This document shows, piece after piece, positions 50,881 to 63,500 of a DNA stretch of 64,000 nt. The DNA is taken from NCBI GenBank assembly GCA_964016885.1, contig OZ024743.1, forward strand, positions 307,334,001 through 307,398,000, in the 5' to 3' direction. The notes under the pieces were generated by a model. That model did no database searches and had not been told where the DNA came from. It saw only the letters and a list, made by a program, of their open reading frames with translations. This DNA is from Eledone cirrhosa. Lineage: Eukaryota. The first letter of the stretch is position 1. The number at the start of each line of letters is the position of its first letter. Both the position numbers and the translations under genes were made by a program.

Positions 50881-53800
50881 ATGCTTCGAGGAGGAAGAAA
50901 GAAAACATCTGGTTAGTCTATAGATAGTGTGAAGAGAGCACGGCTAAGGAGAGCCGAAGAAGGTGAGGAAGATAGTGGTCAACACCAACAACAAGATCAG
51001 GACAGGCATGCGAATAGAAGGATCGATGAGACTGATAAAGCAAGGGCTGAGCGTCTGGCGGAACAGAGGGAACGAGACATAAACAGGAGAGATCATGAAT
51101 CGGATGCTCGGAGAGCAGAGCATCTGGCGGAACAGAGGGAAAGAGACAGAAGCAGGGGAGATCATGAATCAGACACTCGGAGAGCTGAATGTCTTTGCCA
51201 ACAAACCATTAGGAATAGAGCAAGGACAGTTCAACGACGTGACCCCCTCTGCTGATGTTGGACAGATGAATAAGATCTGTGTCTGCTTTTTCATGGTGAA
51301 ACTGCTAACTTTTGCTGTATGAATGGAAAAGTCAGGCTGGGGAATCTGCAGCCTTTATCCCAAGAACTTCACAATTTATTTAGTACTGATCAACCTTGGA
51401 CAAACAAGTTCAGGAAGAATCTCAGACAATACAACTGCCTGTTCCAAATGACATATTTTGGGGCTGAAGAAGTTCATTCCTCAAGGAGTTGATGAAATCC
51501 TTCTATCGTTATTCACAGTCAAATTCATCATTACATTGGTTCCTTAACTCCTAATCCCAATGAACAACCCTAATTTCTTCAAATTTACTTCTTGAATCCT
51601 CAGGATAGTGTTGATTTGAATGCGACATAGTTGAATTATTGGAAATTATACTCAGACAATATAACCCTTACGTTGCGTCATTTCAACTGGCAAAAGACAA
51701 ATTAAAAATATTCCTGAAGCTTCGATTATTATTGATTCTGATGAGACACCAGCAATGGAATATGACAGAAGATTCAGTGCACAAACTGCAAATGAAGTTG
51801 CAGTTATTATACAAAACAGCACCAAACTTCAAGCAAAAGCACGGCACATTGTATTAAAAGAAAAAGGCAGACAACTGCAAATAATCTTAGAGTCCCATCG
51901 GTCCTATGACAGTTTACAGTATATTCTATTTTTTTCCTTTTGCCGATGACGGATGGTATCATGAGCTGTTCATGAGTAACAAGAAGTTGACGCCAATGCG
52001 CTACTATGCCTATCGAATAATGAACCATGAGAATGAATTCATCCAACTTCTCAGAAGCGGTTGTTTATTTCAGCAATATTTGGTTGACATAGCTGCGAAG
52101 ATTGAAGGAGAAAGGCTTCGATACATCTGAATAAATCAAACATCATTGCGCTCTACAACATACAAGTAAGGCCCTTACTGATGCATTGAATGATGATGAC
52201 AATTTTCGCAACGTCGGCAGGCAAATCATACTCTCTTCCACATTTGTCGGTATGATGGAGTGATGCCAGGATGTCTTGATGTACATACAGAAGTAGGCAA
52301 TGCTACGTTTTTCATCACAATGACATGCAATCCAAACTGGCCCGAAATCCGGCAAAACCTATTCCTGAATCAGAAGCCACATGACAGGCCAAATTTAATT
52401 GCCAGAGTATTTGACCTGAAGTGGAAACTTCATAAAGTATCTTACTGGAGTAGATGGCTTATATGGCAAGTGCATTGCTTACATGCTGACTGTCGAATAT
52501 CAATAGCGAGGTCTTCCTCATGTGCACTGTTTACTATGGCTCAATGAAGCCTCCAAGCCCAGACCGCAGAAATACTATAAATTTGTTCAAGCCGAAATAC
52601 CAGATCCAAACAAAGATCCAGAGGGTCATGAATTGGTGCTGAAGCACATGATCCACAGTCTTGCTCTAACAATTCGCCATGTTGGAAAGATGGAACGTGC
52701 AGTAAGCGGTACCCTAAGCCTTTCAATGAACATACATTGTGTGGAGAGGACTCATATCTTGTGTACAGGAGACGATCTCCAGGAATGGGAGGATTTGAAG
52801 GGCACCAAGAAAAAAGGGAAAGCCAAAATATAACTTCGGAATGGGTGGTTCCCTACAATATGAAACTATTAAAACTGTTCAACTGCCACCTAAACGTAGA
52901 GATATGCTCTTCCGTGAAATCGATCAAATACGTTATCAAATATACCATGAAGGGCAGTGATCAGGCAATGTTTGGAGTGAACAGGGAAGATGAGATAACA
53001 CAGTATTTAACAGGAAGATATATTGTATGAATGTATATATATGCATGTATGTATATTTGTATGTATGTATGTTTGTATGGATGTATATTTGCATGTATAT
53101 ATATATATGTATGTATTTCAGAAGCTGTTGCCTTGCTACTTGGATTTCCAATTCATGAGAGGGAACTGGCCGTAGTTTGCCTTCAAGTTCATCTACCTGA
53201 GAAACATCAAATCTTCTTTCAGGTCACTGCTGCTGTTAAATTAAACCATAACATGGCTAATACAACTCTGGCTGAGTTCGTGGATCTTTGCACTTGCGAT
53301 CCGTTTGCAAAAACATTGTATTATGCCGATGTGCCAAGATTTTACACTTGGAGTAATAAGAGATGGGAAAGGAGGAAGGTGGGGAAAACAGTTGAGCAGT
53401 ATCCAAGGATTTTTTAGGCGAACGTTTTGGGACAAGTATATACTATTTCTCTATGAAGTATACACTATTTTTCTATGTATTATTCAAGACTCCTTCTTCA
53501 TCACGTCAAAGGGTCAGTATCCTTCAACTCTTTGAAAATTATTCAAAGACGTCTGCAGAGAGAAAGGTTTGCTTCAGTCAGATGATCATTGGCAGCAGAC
53601 TCTGGAAGATGCTGAATGAACACAGCTTCCCAAAGCCATGAGAGATCTATTCATCATGCTTCTCACAAATACAGAAATTAACAATTCCAGTGCATTATGG
53701 GCTTGATTTAAGAATTCGCTGTCTGAGGATTACCTTCAAATAGAGAAAAGGGCTACCAGAAACTCTAACCTTTTTATTAGTGAGAGATATTATGATCAAT

Positions 53801-54325
53801 GTCTTCTGTTTTTTGAAGACAAACTTAATGATCTGGGCAAAAGTCTTAGTGACTTTAACTTGCCAATGCAAAATAATATTGTTGCTAATCAGGATATTGT
53901 CAATTTGGAGTTATTGCATGAATTGCAATACAGCAGAGAAGAGCAGCAACGATTTGTAGAAGAGAGGGAGCCTCTATTGAATAATGGACAAAAACATGTG
54001 TACGACTACATTTGTAACAGTTTAGAGAGGAACAAATCTGCATTGATTTTCATTGACACACCAGGTGGAACAGGAAAGACATTTCTGATTAACTTAATCC
54101 TTTCAAAAGTCAGGGGAAACAGCGACTTGGCTATTGTTGTGGCGTTATCTGGCAATGCTACAACAGTGATGCCTGATGGAAGAACGGCGCATTCTAGGTT
54201 CATATATATAAATTTATATGGGTCTTCCAATTTCATTTTACATTATATACATGTCTGTGTATATTTTAATTATTTAAAAATTACTTTTTAAGTGAACGTG
54301 ATCCAACAGGTCAGAGGTGGTCTAG
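50881..54325 (+). mobile_element. Second Helitron, heavily decayed with deleted helicase
   Basis: Charged N-terminal repeats; FFITMTCNPNWPEI, WVVPYN..HLNVEICSSVKSIKYVIKY, DTPGGTGKTFL, GRTAHSRF; possible CTAG|T end at 54322-54326; 5' end not located. Confidence 0.85.
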
Positions 54326-54788
54326 TATAATAATAAAGGGAGAAAGAATTTGGATCACAAAATTATATGAGTAGAAAAGTATTTAATAATTGATATGGGT
54401 TTTTTATATATATATATAGCTGAGTAGGTTATAATGCTATAAGGTAAATTACTTATTCCAAAAGAAGGGAAATAATTATCGATGTCAAATGTATCAATTC
54501 AACAATCTTATTTAAGTAGTTAATATATGTATAGGAGAGAATATTAATACTTTGTTTAACTATTTAGAAAGAAAAGATGTATGCATTATAGCCAAATTTA
54601 TCAATTTATATTAAATTAACCCTTTAATGTTCAAACTGGCCAAAATTCTCTACCTCTTTCTGTTGAAATTGGCTGTAACTGGTCGCTCAAACTGATGTGA
54701 AGGTATTGTTCTCAAAATAAATACTTTCAAAATCTCATAGATTCGATATTATGCGAGGTAAAGCCTTTACTGTGAAAATACAATAGTA

Positions 54789-56112
54789 CGAGGGTAATCC
54801 CAAAAGTAAGGTCTCCAAAGCGATGGGGATGCAGAGAAACTATTCGTACGGCTGTTGGCAACACTGTTGTGATTGGTGCTTCCTTCACTCCCAAACAAGC
54901 ATGTGCACGCTTTGCTGGGATACTCAATCTTGGCTTGGCAGCCGGTGAGAATGGAGCTCCCGTTGATTGAACGCTACCGCCAAGTGCGAAGTTCGCGCAG
55001 TTATTCGGTTTTTGAACGCAAAATGCATTGAACCGATTGAAATTCATCACCAATTGACAGAAGTGTATGGACAGTCGTGCATGGATGTGAAAAACGTTTG
55101 CAAGTGGTGTAGAGAGTTTACAGCCAGTCGTACTGAAATTCACGACGAACAACCGAGCGGGAGACCGTCAATTTCCAACGAGACAGTCGCAAAGGTTGAG
55201 GAAAACATGTGTAAAGATCGGCGGATCACTCTGGATGCTCTCTGCATTTTGGTTCCTGAGGTTTCCCGAAGCACCATCCACAGGATTTTAACGAAAAAGT
55301 TGCAATATCAGAAGGTGTGCACAAGATGGGTGCCACGAATGCTGACAGAAGACCACAAACGGCAACGAGTTGATTCTTCCCGCAAATTTTATCGCCAGTA
55401 TGCAGACGAAAAGGACAACTTCTTGGACTCGATTGTCACGGGTGACGAAACCTGGGCATTCCACTTTACACCTGAGACCAAACAACAATCACGCGCGTGG
55501 CGGCATGCCTCTTCACCCAAGCCGCGAAAATTCACAGTCTGCCGGTTAAGTCATGGCGACTGTATTTTGGGACCGGAAGCGGGTTTTGTTGGTCGACTTT
55601 ATGCCTGCTGGGACCACAATAAATGCTGACAGGTACTGTGAAACACTGAAAAAACTCAGAAGGGCAATTAAGAACCGGAGAAGAGGAATGTTGAGTAAGG
55701 GCGTAAGCATTCTCCACGACAACGCTCGCCCAGCGTCGCCCGTCAAACCGTCGCTCTCCTGCAAAACTTTGGTTGGAACATCATCACCCACCCACCCTAT
55801 AGTCCGGACTTGGCACCCAGTAACTACCACCTGTTCCCTAAGTTGAAAGAACATTTGGCCGGAAGGCGATTCTGCTCCGACGAAGAGGTGAAAGATGAGG
55901 TTCAACGCTTCCTGGAGGACATGGCGGCTAGCTGGTATGACATGGGCATACAAAAACTGCCACAGCGTCTACAAAAATACATCAACCGAAATGGCGATTA
56001 TGTAGAAAAATAAATAATTATTCAACCTTTAAAATGATGTAAATATTATAGAAAATATACGGTTGTTTGTATTTCTAAAAATAAGGAGACCTTACTTTTG
56101 GGATTGCTCTCG
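54789..56112 (+). mobile_element. Full-length mariner transposon (1324 bp), TA TSD, 28-bp TIRs
   Basis: cgagggtaatcccaaaagtaaggtctcc / ggagaccttacttttgggattgctctcg; TA on both sides. Confidence 0.96.
54952..56013 (+). pseudogene. mariner DD34D transposase, frameshifted
   Basis: HTH region, WVPRML, TGDETW, HDNARP, YSPDLAPSNYHLF (third catalytic D changed to N); two frameshifts. Confidence 0.93.
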
Positions 56113-56482
56113 TATATATAGAGTAATGTGAATGCTAAAGAGTTAAATTTATTTAGCTACAACCTAAAATTAAAGTAGATGAAAAAATGTAACAGTTAAC
56201 TTATTTTGTCATATAATCTAGATTTTTAAAATAAAGATAACAAAATCACTTAAAAATTATATATAAAGGAGTAATACCTATCTCATTATTTTTTATATAT
56301 ATAAAGTTTAACTAAAAACTCTAAATGTATTCGAGAATAGGTGGAGGCAAGAATTAAAAACTATATATAAAGGAATATTCACTATTATGTTATCTATTTT
56401 AAAGCTTAACTAAAATCTCTATGAAACGTTTTTGAGAATTGGTGGAGGCACGAGCTAACGATCTCAATGCGTTTATTAATAA

Positions 56483-59400
56483 CTAGCAGCCATACCCGGC
56501 GTTTCCGGGGTGTAATTCTACCATTAGTAAATAATTTTTTTAAAGAGAAAAGAAGTATGTGTTGTTCGATGTAAAAACGGTAAAATGTTATGGCATATGA
56601 AAGGGGAATGAGTGTAAAAGTGTGACGTTGATGCGGTGAAGCTCCAAACCCGAACTATGCCACAAGGAAGTCAGCAACCCAAAAGTGAGTCACATGGAAT
56701 TTATGACAATAATGTGGGATGTTTGGCAATTCAGGGACTGAAGTCGTTGCGGGATGACGGAGATAATGTATGACGACTTTGAATGAAAGGTACAAACGAG
56801 GGGGTGCCATACGTTTGCTACAGTAGAAACATGTAAATTTTTCATTATGCATTGCGTATATGTAGGCATTCTAATGATTTATGTAGTTTGAAATGCTTAC
56901 CATTCTGTATAGTTGTGGCTGCCAATAGAAACTGTGACGTTGCTTTCCTTAGACTGATTGCAGTGACATAGATCAAACATGAAGGACGCTCAAAATTCCT
57001 CAACACAAATTCTGCACCAACCTCGATTGCAAAAGTAACTGAGAAGAACGAATAGCGATTATTACGCCAAAAGAAAAAATGCTGAAGCAACTTCTATTGC
57101 ACGAGATGCAGAAAACGAAACACAACGTTCGATGCGACAGCAAATAAATGCTGAAGCAACTGCTGCTGCTTGAGGTGCAGAAAACGAATATATCACTGCA
57201 ACAGAAAGCAAATATTGAGGCAACATCTATTGCAGGAGATGCAGAGAACGAACCACAGCGTTCATTACGGCGGCATAGATATGCTGAAGCAACTTCCACA
57301 GCTCGAGCTGCATCAACCGAAACAAAGCGTCAACTGCGGCAGCAAAGAAATGGGAGTCAACTTCCGCAGCTCGAGCTGCATCAACCAAAACACAGCGTCA
57401 ACTGTGACAGCAAAGAACTGTGAGTCAACATCTGCTGTTTGAGCTGTATCAACCGAAACACAGCGTCAACTGCGGCAGCAAAGACATGTGCATCAACGTC
57501 TGCTGCACGCGCTGGCGAATCCATGGAAAACTGGCTCAACCAACCTGTGGGGAACGTGCATTTCAATACCGTGCAGCTCAAAGTGGTCACAACGTTTACA
57601 GTCGAAAAGTATGGTGTTATGAATTTCAAAAAGGCAGTATGTCTACAATTTGGTAATTATTGAAAGCAGCAAGGTATTTGATTGTTAGAAGATGGTTTGT
57701 GTCGCAGTGTTGATTACAGAACTTCTTGGTACACAATGTTTGTGGTTTTTACCGCTTGGAACAAATGCATAAAGGTTTCTTTTGCTTCCCACTCTGGAAC
57801 ATCCAACATATAGCTGACCGTGCGAAAAGCATGGCTCTTCTAGGTTTATTCCCGCGATGGACAATGTTTGCCCCTGAGACTTATTTATCGTCATAGCGAA
57901 ACTACAACGAACTGGAAACTGGAGCCTCCTAAATGAAAAGGGGATCTCTGATGTTGACGGACAAAGGGGAATCCTTGGGATAAAAACATTTTCCCCCTTT
58001 CCACACCCCAAGAGAATTGTCGCCTCGATCAAGTTTTGCGTTAGTTTATTTACTGTAAGGCGGGTGCCATTGCAGAGTTTTGGTGGGTGTAGATTCCTCA
58101 AAAGCATAATTGGGCATCCTTGCTTAAATTCTTCATCTTCATCAAGTGGCACTTTGCCGTTTCCAAGTGTCAATAGGTTGGTAGCAAACTCTGATGACAC
58201 TTGGTCACCAAGCATCCCAGCTCTCATGTTCGTAGAGAGCGTTAATGTTGTGACATAACGCCAAAGCAGAGATAACTTTAAGCATGCTCGAATAGCATCA
58301 GCCCTTGTTCCTTTGGGAATAACAGGGAGGGTTTGTCTAAAATCTCCGGATAAAAGGACAGTCACGCCCCCCCCCCCCCCATGGGATCCTGGGAGTCTCT
58401 TATGTCTCTTAAAGTCCTGTCCAGTGCCTCCAAAGCTCCTTTATGAGCCATGGTACATTCGTCCCAAACTATAAGTTTACAGCTTTTAAGCAGTTCTGCC
58501 TTTTCTGATCCTTTGGTAATATTACAGTAGGGTGTGTCATTTGCTGTCATATTGAGGGGGAGTTTGAAGGCTGAATGTGCTGTCCTGCCCCCAGGAAGCA
58601 AGGTTGCTGCAATACCGGAAGACACAACAACAAGTGCTATGTGTCTGTGTTGTCGAACCTTGGCAAGGAGAAGCCATATGACAAAAGTCTTCCCTGTGCC
58701 TCCAGGGGCGTCCAAGAAAAAGATTCCTCCCGTACAACGGTGGACATGGTCAGCAATAGTGTTATATGCTCGTTCCTGTTCCTACAGCAGCATTGGTTCA
58801 TGTTCAGTGACATATGTAGCCAAGCTGTCAGTGTCGTAGGATAGTTCCCGAAGTATTTCTGCAGAAATGACGTCGGAGCCTGTTCTGTTGGTTTGGGGCA
58901 GGCCATATGTCTGCAGTGCATTCCCACCTATTGCAGCAATCATATTTTCAATTTCAATAAGTGCTTTGTTGTAGATTTCATCTGTGAAGCCTACTTCCAT
59001 GTCAGGAAGTTGTAATTGTACTTGATGTCTGAAGTCCTCAGAGAGGTCATCTCTGTACTTGATCCACAAGAAGGAAGGATTGGGCAATTCACAATGTACA
59101 GTAAGACAGCAAAAAGATTCCTAAGGCTGTGTGGCATTTGTGAAACAACTGCTTCTGCCAAAGTGGCATCCCATTGAGCACCATCTTCCAGTAGTCCACG
59201 CCTGAGGCAGGCCTCTCTGTACGTGTCGCAAATTTGGCCATCAACAGTTCTTAGGTGTTGAAAACTGGTTGGTCCTCTTACGTCATGGAGAAGCATACGC
59301 AGGTAGTAACATTCTTGGTAGATGGGGAGCACTGTGTAAACTCGCGCCAGGCAGCTGTCAAAGTTAAAATCTGGATGACCATCAACGCTTTCACCTTTGA

Positions 59401-60490
59401 TTCTTGGCTTCCATGAATATTTTTCCCATTTGTAGAAAGAGGGAACTTGAGGATACAGCAAAGTGCGAGCGAATGCATCGCCTTGACATAGTTGAAAGAA
59501 TGCAGTAAGAGTTGTGTTCCTTGGTTGCAGAGCCCTCAGAAAAGCTGTTTGTTTTGTATAGTACACTCTTTGGCCATTTTCCAGGTGCACAGCAAGATGT
59601 TGGACGGCAGAGTATCTTCTGTGCATTGAGAAACGGTAAATTCGCCAAAAGGCCTCGCTGGTACTTATATATCGTGCTGATTGGTTCTGTGAACTCCATC
59701 CCGTTTGTTTTCTTCTTTAAGCCCGAACATGGCGGCATCCGGGCCCTTATTTATATACTTGCAGACATATTTGATTGATTTAATAGAGTTGCACCATTCA
59801 ACATTTATGTGGGAGTTGAACACCTTGAGTAGTAATGGGTAGTACAGTACAATCCATCGGTTGTCAATTTCATGTTTTCCAACCAGTGCTGTTAATCCTC
59901 CGTCCTCAGGGCTTCTTCGTCTGTATGATGGGTATCCGTCATCAGCAGTTTGAGTTTCACGAAGGAAGGTTTTGGGGTATTTTTTGGAGCAAATACTGTT
60001 GTTCAAACATGGGGAGTTAGATTTGAAGCCACGTCCACAAGGACCGTGAACCATGTGCGCCGTAACCCTGTCAAATAGGGTTTTGTCAGTTTGCGGGTTT
60101 GGAAGCTCTGCGGATATAATCTTGTCGATGTTGTCTGCTCTGATTTTTGTCGACAACCAAATAAGAATGTGAGCATGGGGGAGTCCCCGCTTCTGCCATT
60201 CAATTGTGTACATGTAGCATTGCACACGTCCAAATACCTGGCCCTTTGTGATAAGGTCCATTAGTTTGTATACTTTTAGCTCGAAGACTCTGGATGAGAG
60301 GTCATGGCGACCGCTGGGCTGTTGTCCTGGAAGGAGTTCATGGGCAATTTCTTGCCACAAATGATTGCATGTAAAAGTAATAAATAGGTCTGGTTTGCCG
60401 TACTCGTGCACAAACGTCATCGCGTCCTGGGTTCTCCTGGGCTTGGCCTCAAACGGGAACATTCCAGGTGTACAACTCATGGCCATTTGA
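56483..60490 (-). mobile_element. Third Helitron, 5'-truncated, with RepHel on the minus strand
   Basis: 3' end hairpin cccggaaacgccggg plus CTAG|T at 56483; PDLFITFTCN, IEWQKRGLPHAHIL, KYVCKYINKG, DAPGGTGKT, WDECTM, SGDFRQTLP, AMTINKSQGQTL, FSHGQLYVGCSRV. Confidence 0.92.
57050..57510 (+). repeat. Degenerate tandem repeat of about 69 bp (about 23 aa, charged) inside the Helitron 3' region
   Basis: gctgaagcaac...gcagaaaacgaa..cagcgt recurs about every 69 bp. Confidence 0.75.
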
Positions 60491-60508
60491 GACCAAAGGG
60501 AGACTTTG

Positions 60509-60509
<1 letters not shown>

Positions 60510-60543
<34 letters not shown>

Positions 60544-60548
60544 TATAT

Positions 60549-60578
<30 letters not shown>
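60510..60578. repeat. (AT)n plus (AGAT)n microsatellite
   Basis: Read directly from the sequence. Confidence 0.95.
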
Positions 60579-60579
<1 letters not shown>

Positions 60580-63500
60580 TGTTTCTTTATTAGCCACAGG
60601 GGCACAAAAGAAGGGGACAAATACAAAGGGGGAAGTTTACATACAATAAAAACATGTAAAATGTTATCACAAATGTAATTTAAAAAGTTAGCCGATTTTC
60701 CCCAATAGGGAGAGACAGTTCATATGGGTAACACATACCCCCGACAAAATGTGCAACCCTCAACTCCAGGAGTACGAAGAGTTTGTACTCCTGTCCTCTT
60801 CTCCTCCTTTTCCTCAACCTACAGGCTGATATAGAGAGAAGGCCCATTCACTCGGGTCATTCTCGCCACTTTCACCTACCTTTCATAAAACTTACTGGCG
60901 TACAGCACCTCACTCTCCATCCTGATTCTTCTTCCAAAGTGGTATTTCAAAAAAAGAACCAGTTGATGGCCGGAGAGAAAGGTGTCTGACCTCAGCCCTT
61001 TCAACCTTGTCCACCATACAACCTCTTTCGCCATAGCTATCACACAAAGGAAAACCGCCTCTCCTTCATTTTTGAAGGAGGGTGGCGGTTTGATCATGAC
61101 AATGGACTCGGTGGTCAACCGGATTGGTCCCACCCGCGACAATAGTCGTTCTACATAGCCCCACAGGTCAGTGACGTCCGAGCAGTGTATAAATGCGTGC
61201 GCGACGGTTTCTTCGTTACGCACGCACCTCGGACAGATCTTTTTTGCAGGGTCCCTGCCCGGGCGCCCATGTCTGTAGAGCTTGTCTCGAACTGGTAGAG
61301 CTCCTCGGTAGCACTGCCAGGCCAGGGACTTTTGGAAGTTGTCCATCGGTCCCGGACGGAAGGTCCTACCAAACAGACTGGCCAGTTCATCTTCCTCTAC
61401 GCCTAGAGTTTCACCGAGCGCGTCGTCACACTTGCTGCGAATCAACCCTCTATAGAATGACGAAGTGGAGTCTCCACTGATCGCCGGGTCCGCCTGCCAG
61501 AGAGCTGTGAGCACATTGGATGTGCCAGTCGCCCATTTTCCTCAGTCTTTGCTTGACCCAGGACTGCAGCTCGGTTAGCGAGACGAGTCGTGGGAAGGCT
61601 CGCCTCACGAACGGGGCCCACACCGGTTGTCCGGTGAGGAATACGTAGAGATGCCGCAGCCTGAACGCGTGTTTGCGCATCGTCAACCACGGCATCCCCA
61701 GCCCTCCGTTAGAAGGGTGTTGGCAGCAGATGGATCTTCTCACCAAAGGAGCTCGCCTCTTCCAAAGGAATCGGAAGAGCGCGTGCTCCATTTTGGCTGG
61801 ACAAGGCACGACGGTCAAGCGGTAGTAGATGACGGACGCTATAAAAGTGTTCGCCACCTCCGCTCGACCTGTCAAGGATGGTTTGCACTCGGCCCACTTC
61901 TGGGTGAGTGCAAACACCTTGGCCGTCACTTCGTTCCATTTCTTCTCCACCTGGAGGTCCGGACCAAACCAGACCCCGAGCAGCTTTACCGATCCTTCCG
62001 TCCAGCGTCCGACAACGCTATCGGAAGGCATCGGTTTGCCTCTCCACGATCCAAGTTGCAAACCGATGGACTTGTCCCGGTTCAGCTTCGCTCCTGTGAA
62101 ACTTTCGTATTCCTTCAGTAAGGTGCTGACTTCCTCGATTTGCGAGGCGCTCGACACCACTATTGTAACGTTGTCGGCGTAGGCCAACGCCGCTTTCCGC
62201 AGTCCCGGTTCCAGAGGGATGCCCTGCAATAGCTCCAACTTCCGCAGTAGTGGCTCGAGAGTCAGTACGTACAGAAGGGAGGAGAGAGGGCATCCCTGTC
62301 AAATGGATCGCGTAATATGGAACGGCTCCGAGAAGTAGCCGTTCACCTTGACCCTTGACCAGATGTTGCTGTTGTGCATTGCAGCAATCCAACCCTTGAA
62401 CACGGGTCCGAAGCCTGCCGCCTCGAGCACCGCATCCAGGTAACGATGGTCAACCCTATCGAAAGCCTTAGACTGATCCAAGTTGATCAGGACCTCAAAG
62501 CCGGGTTTAGACCCTACCCTCTCTATGATGTATCGCATGAGGTGGAGGTTGTCGTGTATGGACCTGGTCGGGATTGCGCATATCTGCGCTTCTCCCACCA
62601 GGTTCTCGATGACAAGCGCCAGCCTCTTTGCCAACACCTTGGCCAAAATCTGTAACTCTGTGTTTAGCAGAGTTATGGGCCGGAAGTTGCCTATGTCATC
62701 CCCCTTATTCTCGCCCTTCCTGACTAGTGTGACTACGCCCCCGGTTACAGAACTGGGAATTCTCCCGTTCTGTTGCCAGTTGCAATAGACCGCTTCCAGG
62801 AGACCGGAGAATAAGTCCGGCATTGCTACATAATATTCGCAGGGTAGACCGTCGAGACCTGGAGATTTGCGTTTGCCGCATTGGCCCAACGCGTTTCCTA
62901 TCTCAGCGGCCGAAATCGGCTTTTCGCAGAACTTTGCCTCGTTGTCCGAGAATCACGCTAGGCCGTCGAGGTATGGACCGAAATCCATAGCCCCTCCCGG
63001 CGCGCCGCCCCGCCTGAACAGCCGAGCAAAGTCCCGCTGAAAGGTCGCACACATCTGCTTCGGCTCACGTATCATGCATCCGTTTTGGTCCTTCAAAGAC
63101 CGAATCGTGGACTTGTTGCCACTTTTTGCCTCCGTCACTCGGGCCCAGCTAACAGCTTTGGCTCCCTCGCTTCCCAGAGCATGTATTTTGCTTCTGACAA
63201 TGCAGCCCTTGTGCTTTGCATCGAAGAACTGGTACAAGGTCTTTCTCGTTGCTGGCACGCTGGCTACGTTGCCACTTCTAATTGCCTCTTCTATTTTATC
63301 TACCAGTTCCTTCTCGGTTCTATTTCTATCTAACGCTAATTCTTTACTAAAAACTAACAAGTCTAATCTAACTGCCCTCTTGAGAGAGTACCACCATCTG
63401 TTGTTGACAATGGCCCCTGTCAAGTGCTGTTTAACTAAAGTGCTAATCCGTCTACTGTAGGCTTTGCTTGTCAGTAGCGACAAGTTCAGCTTCCAGTAGC

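Larger units (their letters stand above)
54620..56142. mobile_element. piggyBac-type MITE family A split by a mariner insertion
   Basis: TTAA|ccctttaatg...aaaatacaatag[TA mariner TA]tatatagagtaatgtgaatgctaaagag|TTAA matches 17436-17622. Confidence 0.88.

Noticed and set aside
51735-51790. CTGATGAG as a third hammerhead core
   Set aside because: Lies in Helitron coding remnant with no properly placed GAAA/UH or closing stems.
35050-54325. Repeated order hammerhead, CRE fragment, Helitron (35-37 kb and 49-51 kb) as one composite element
   Set aside because: The CRE and Helitron sequences differ strongly between the two blocks and the intervening elements differ; coincidence in a TE-dense region is simpler.
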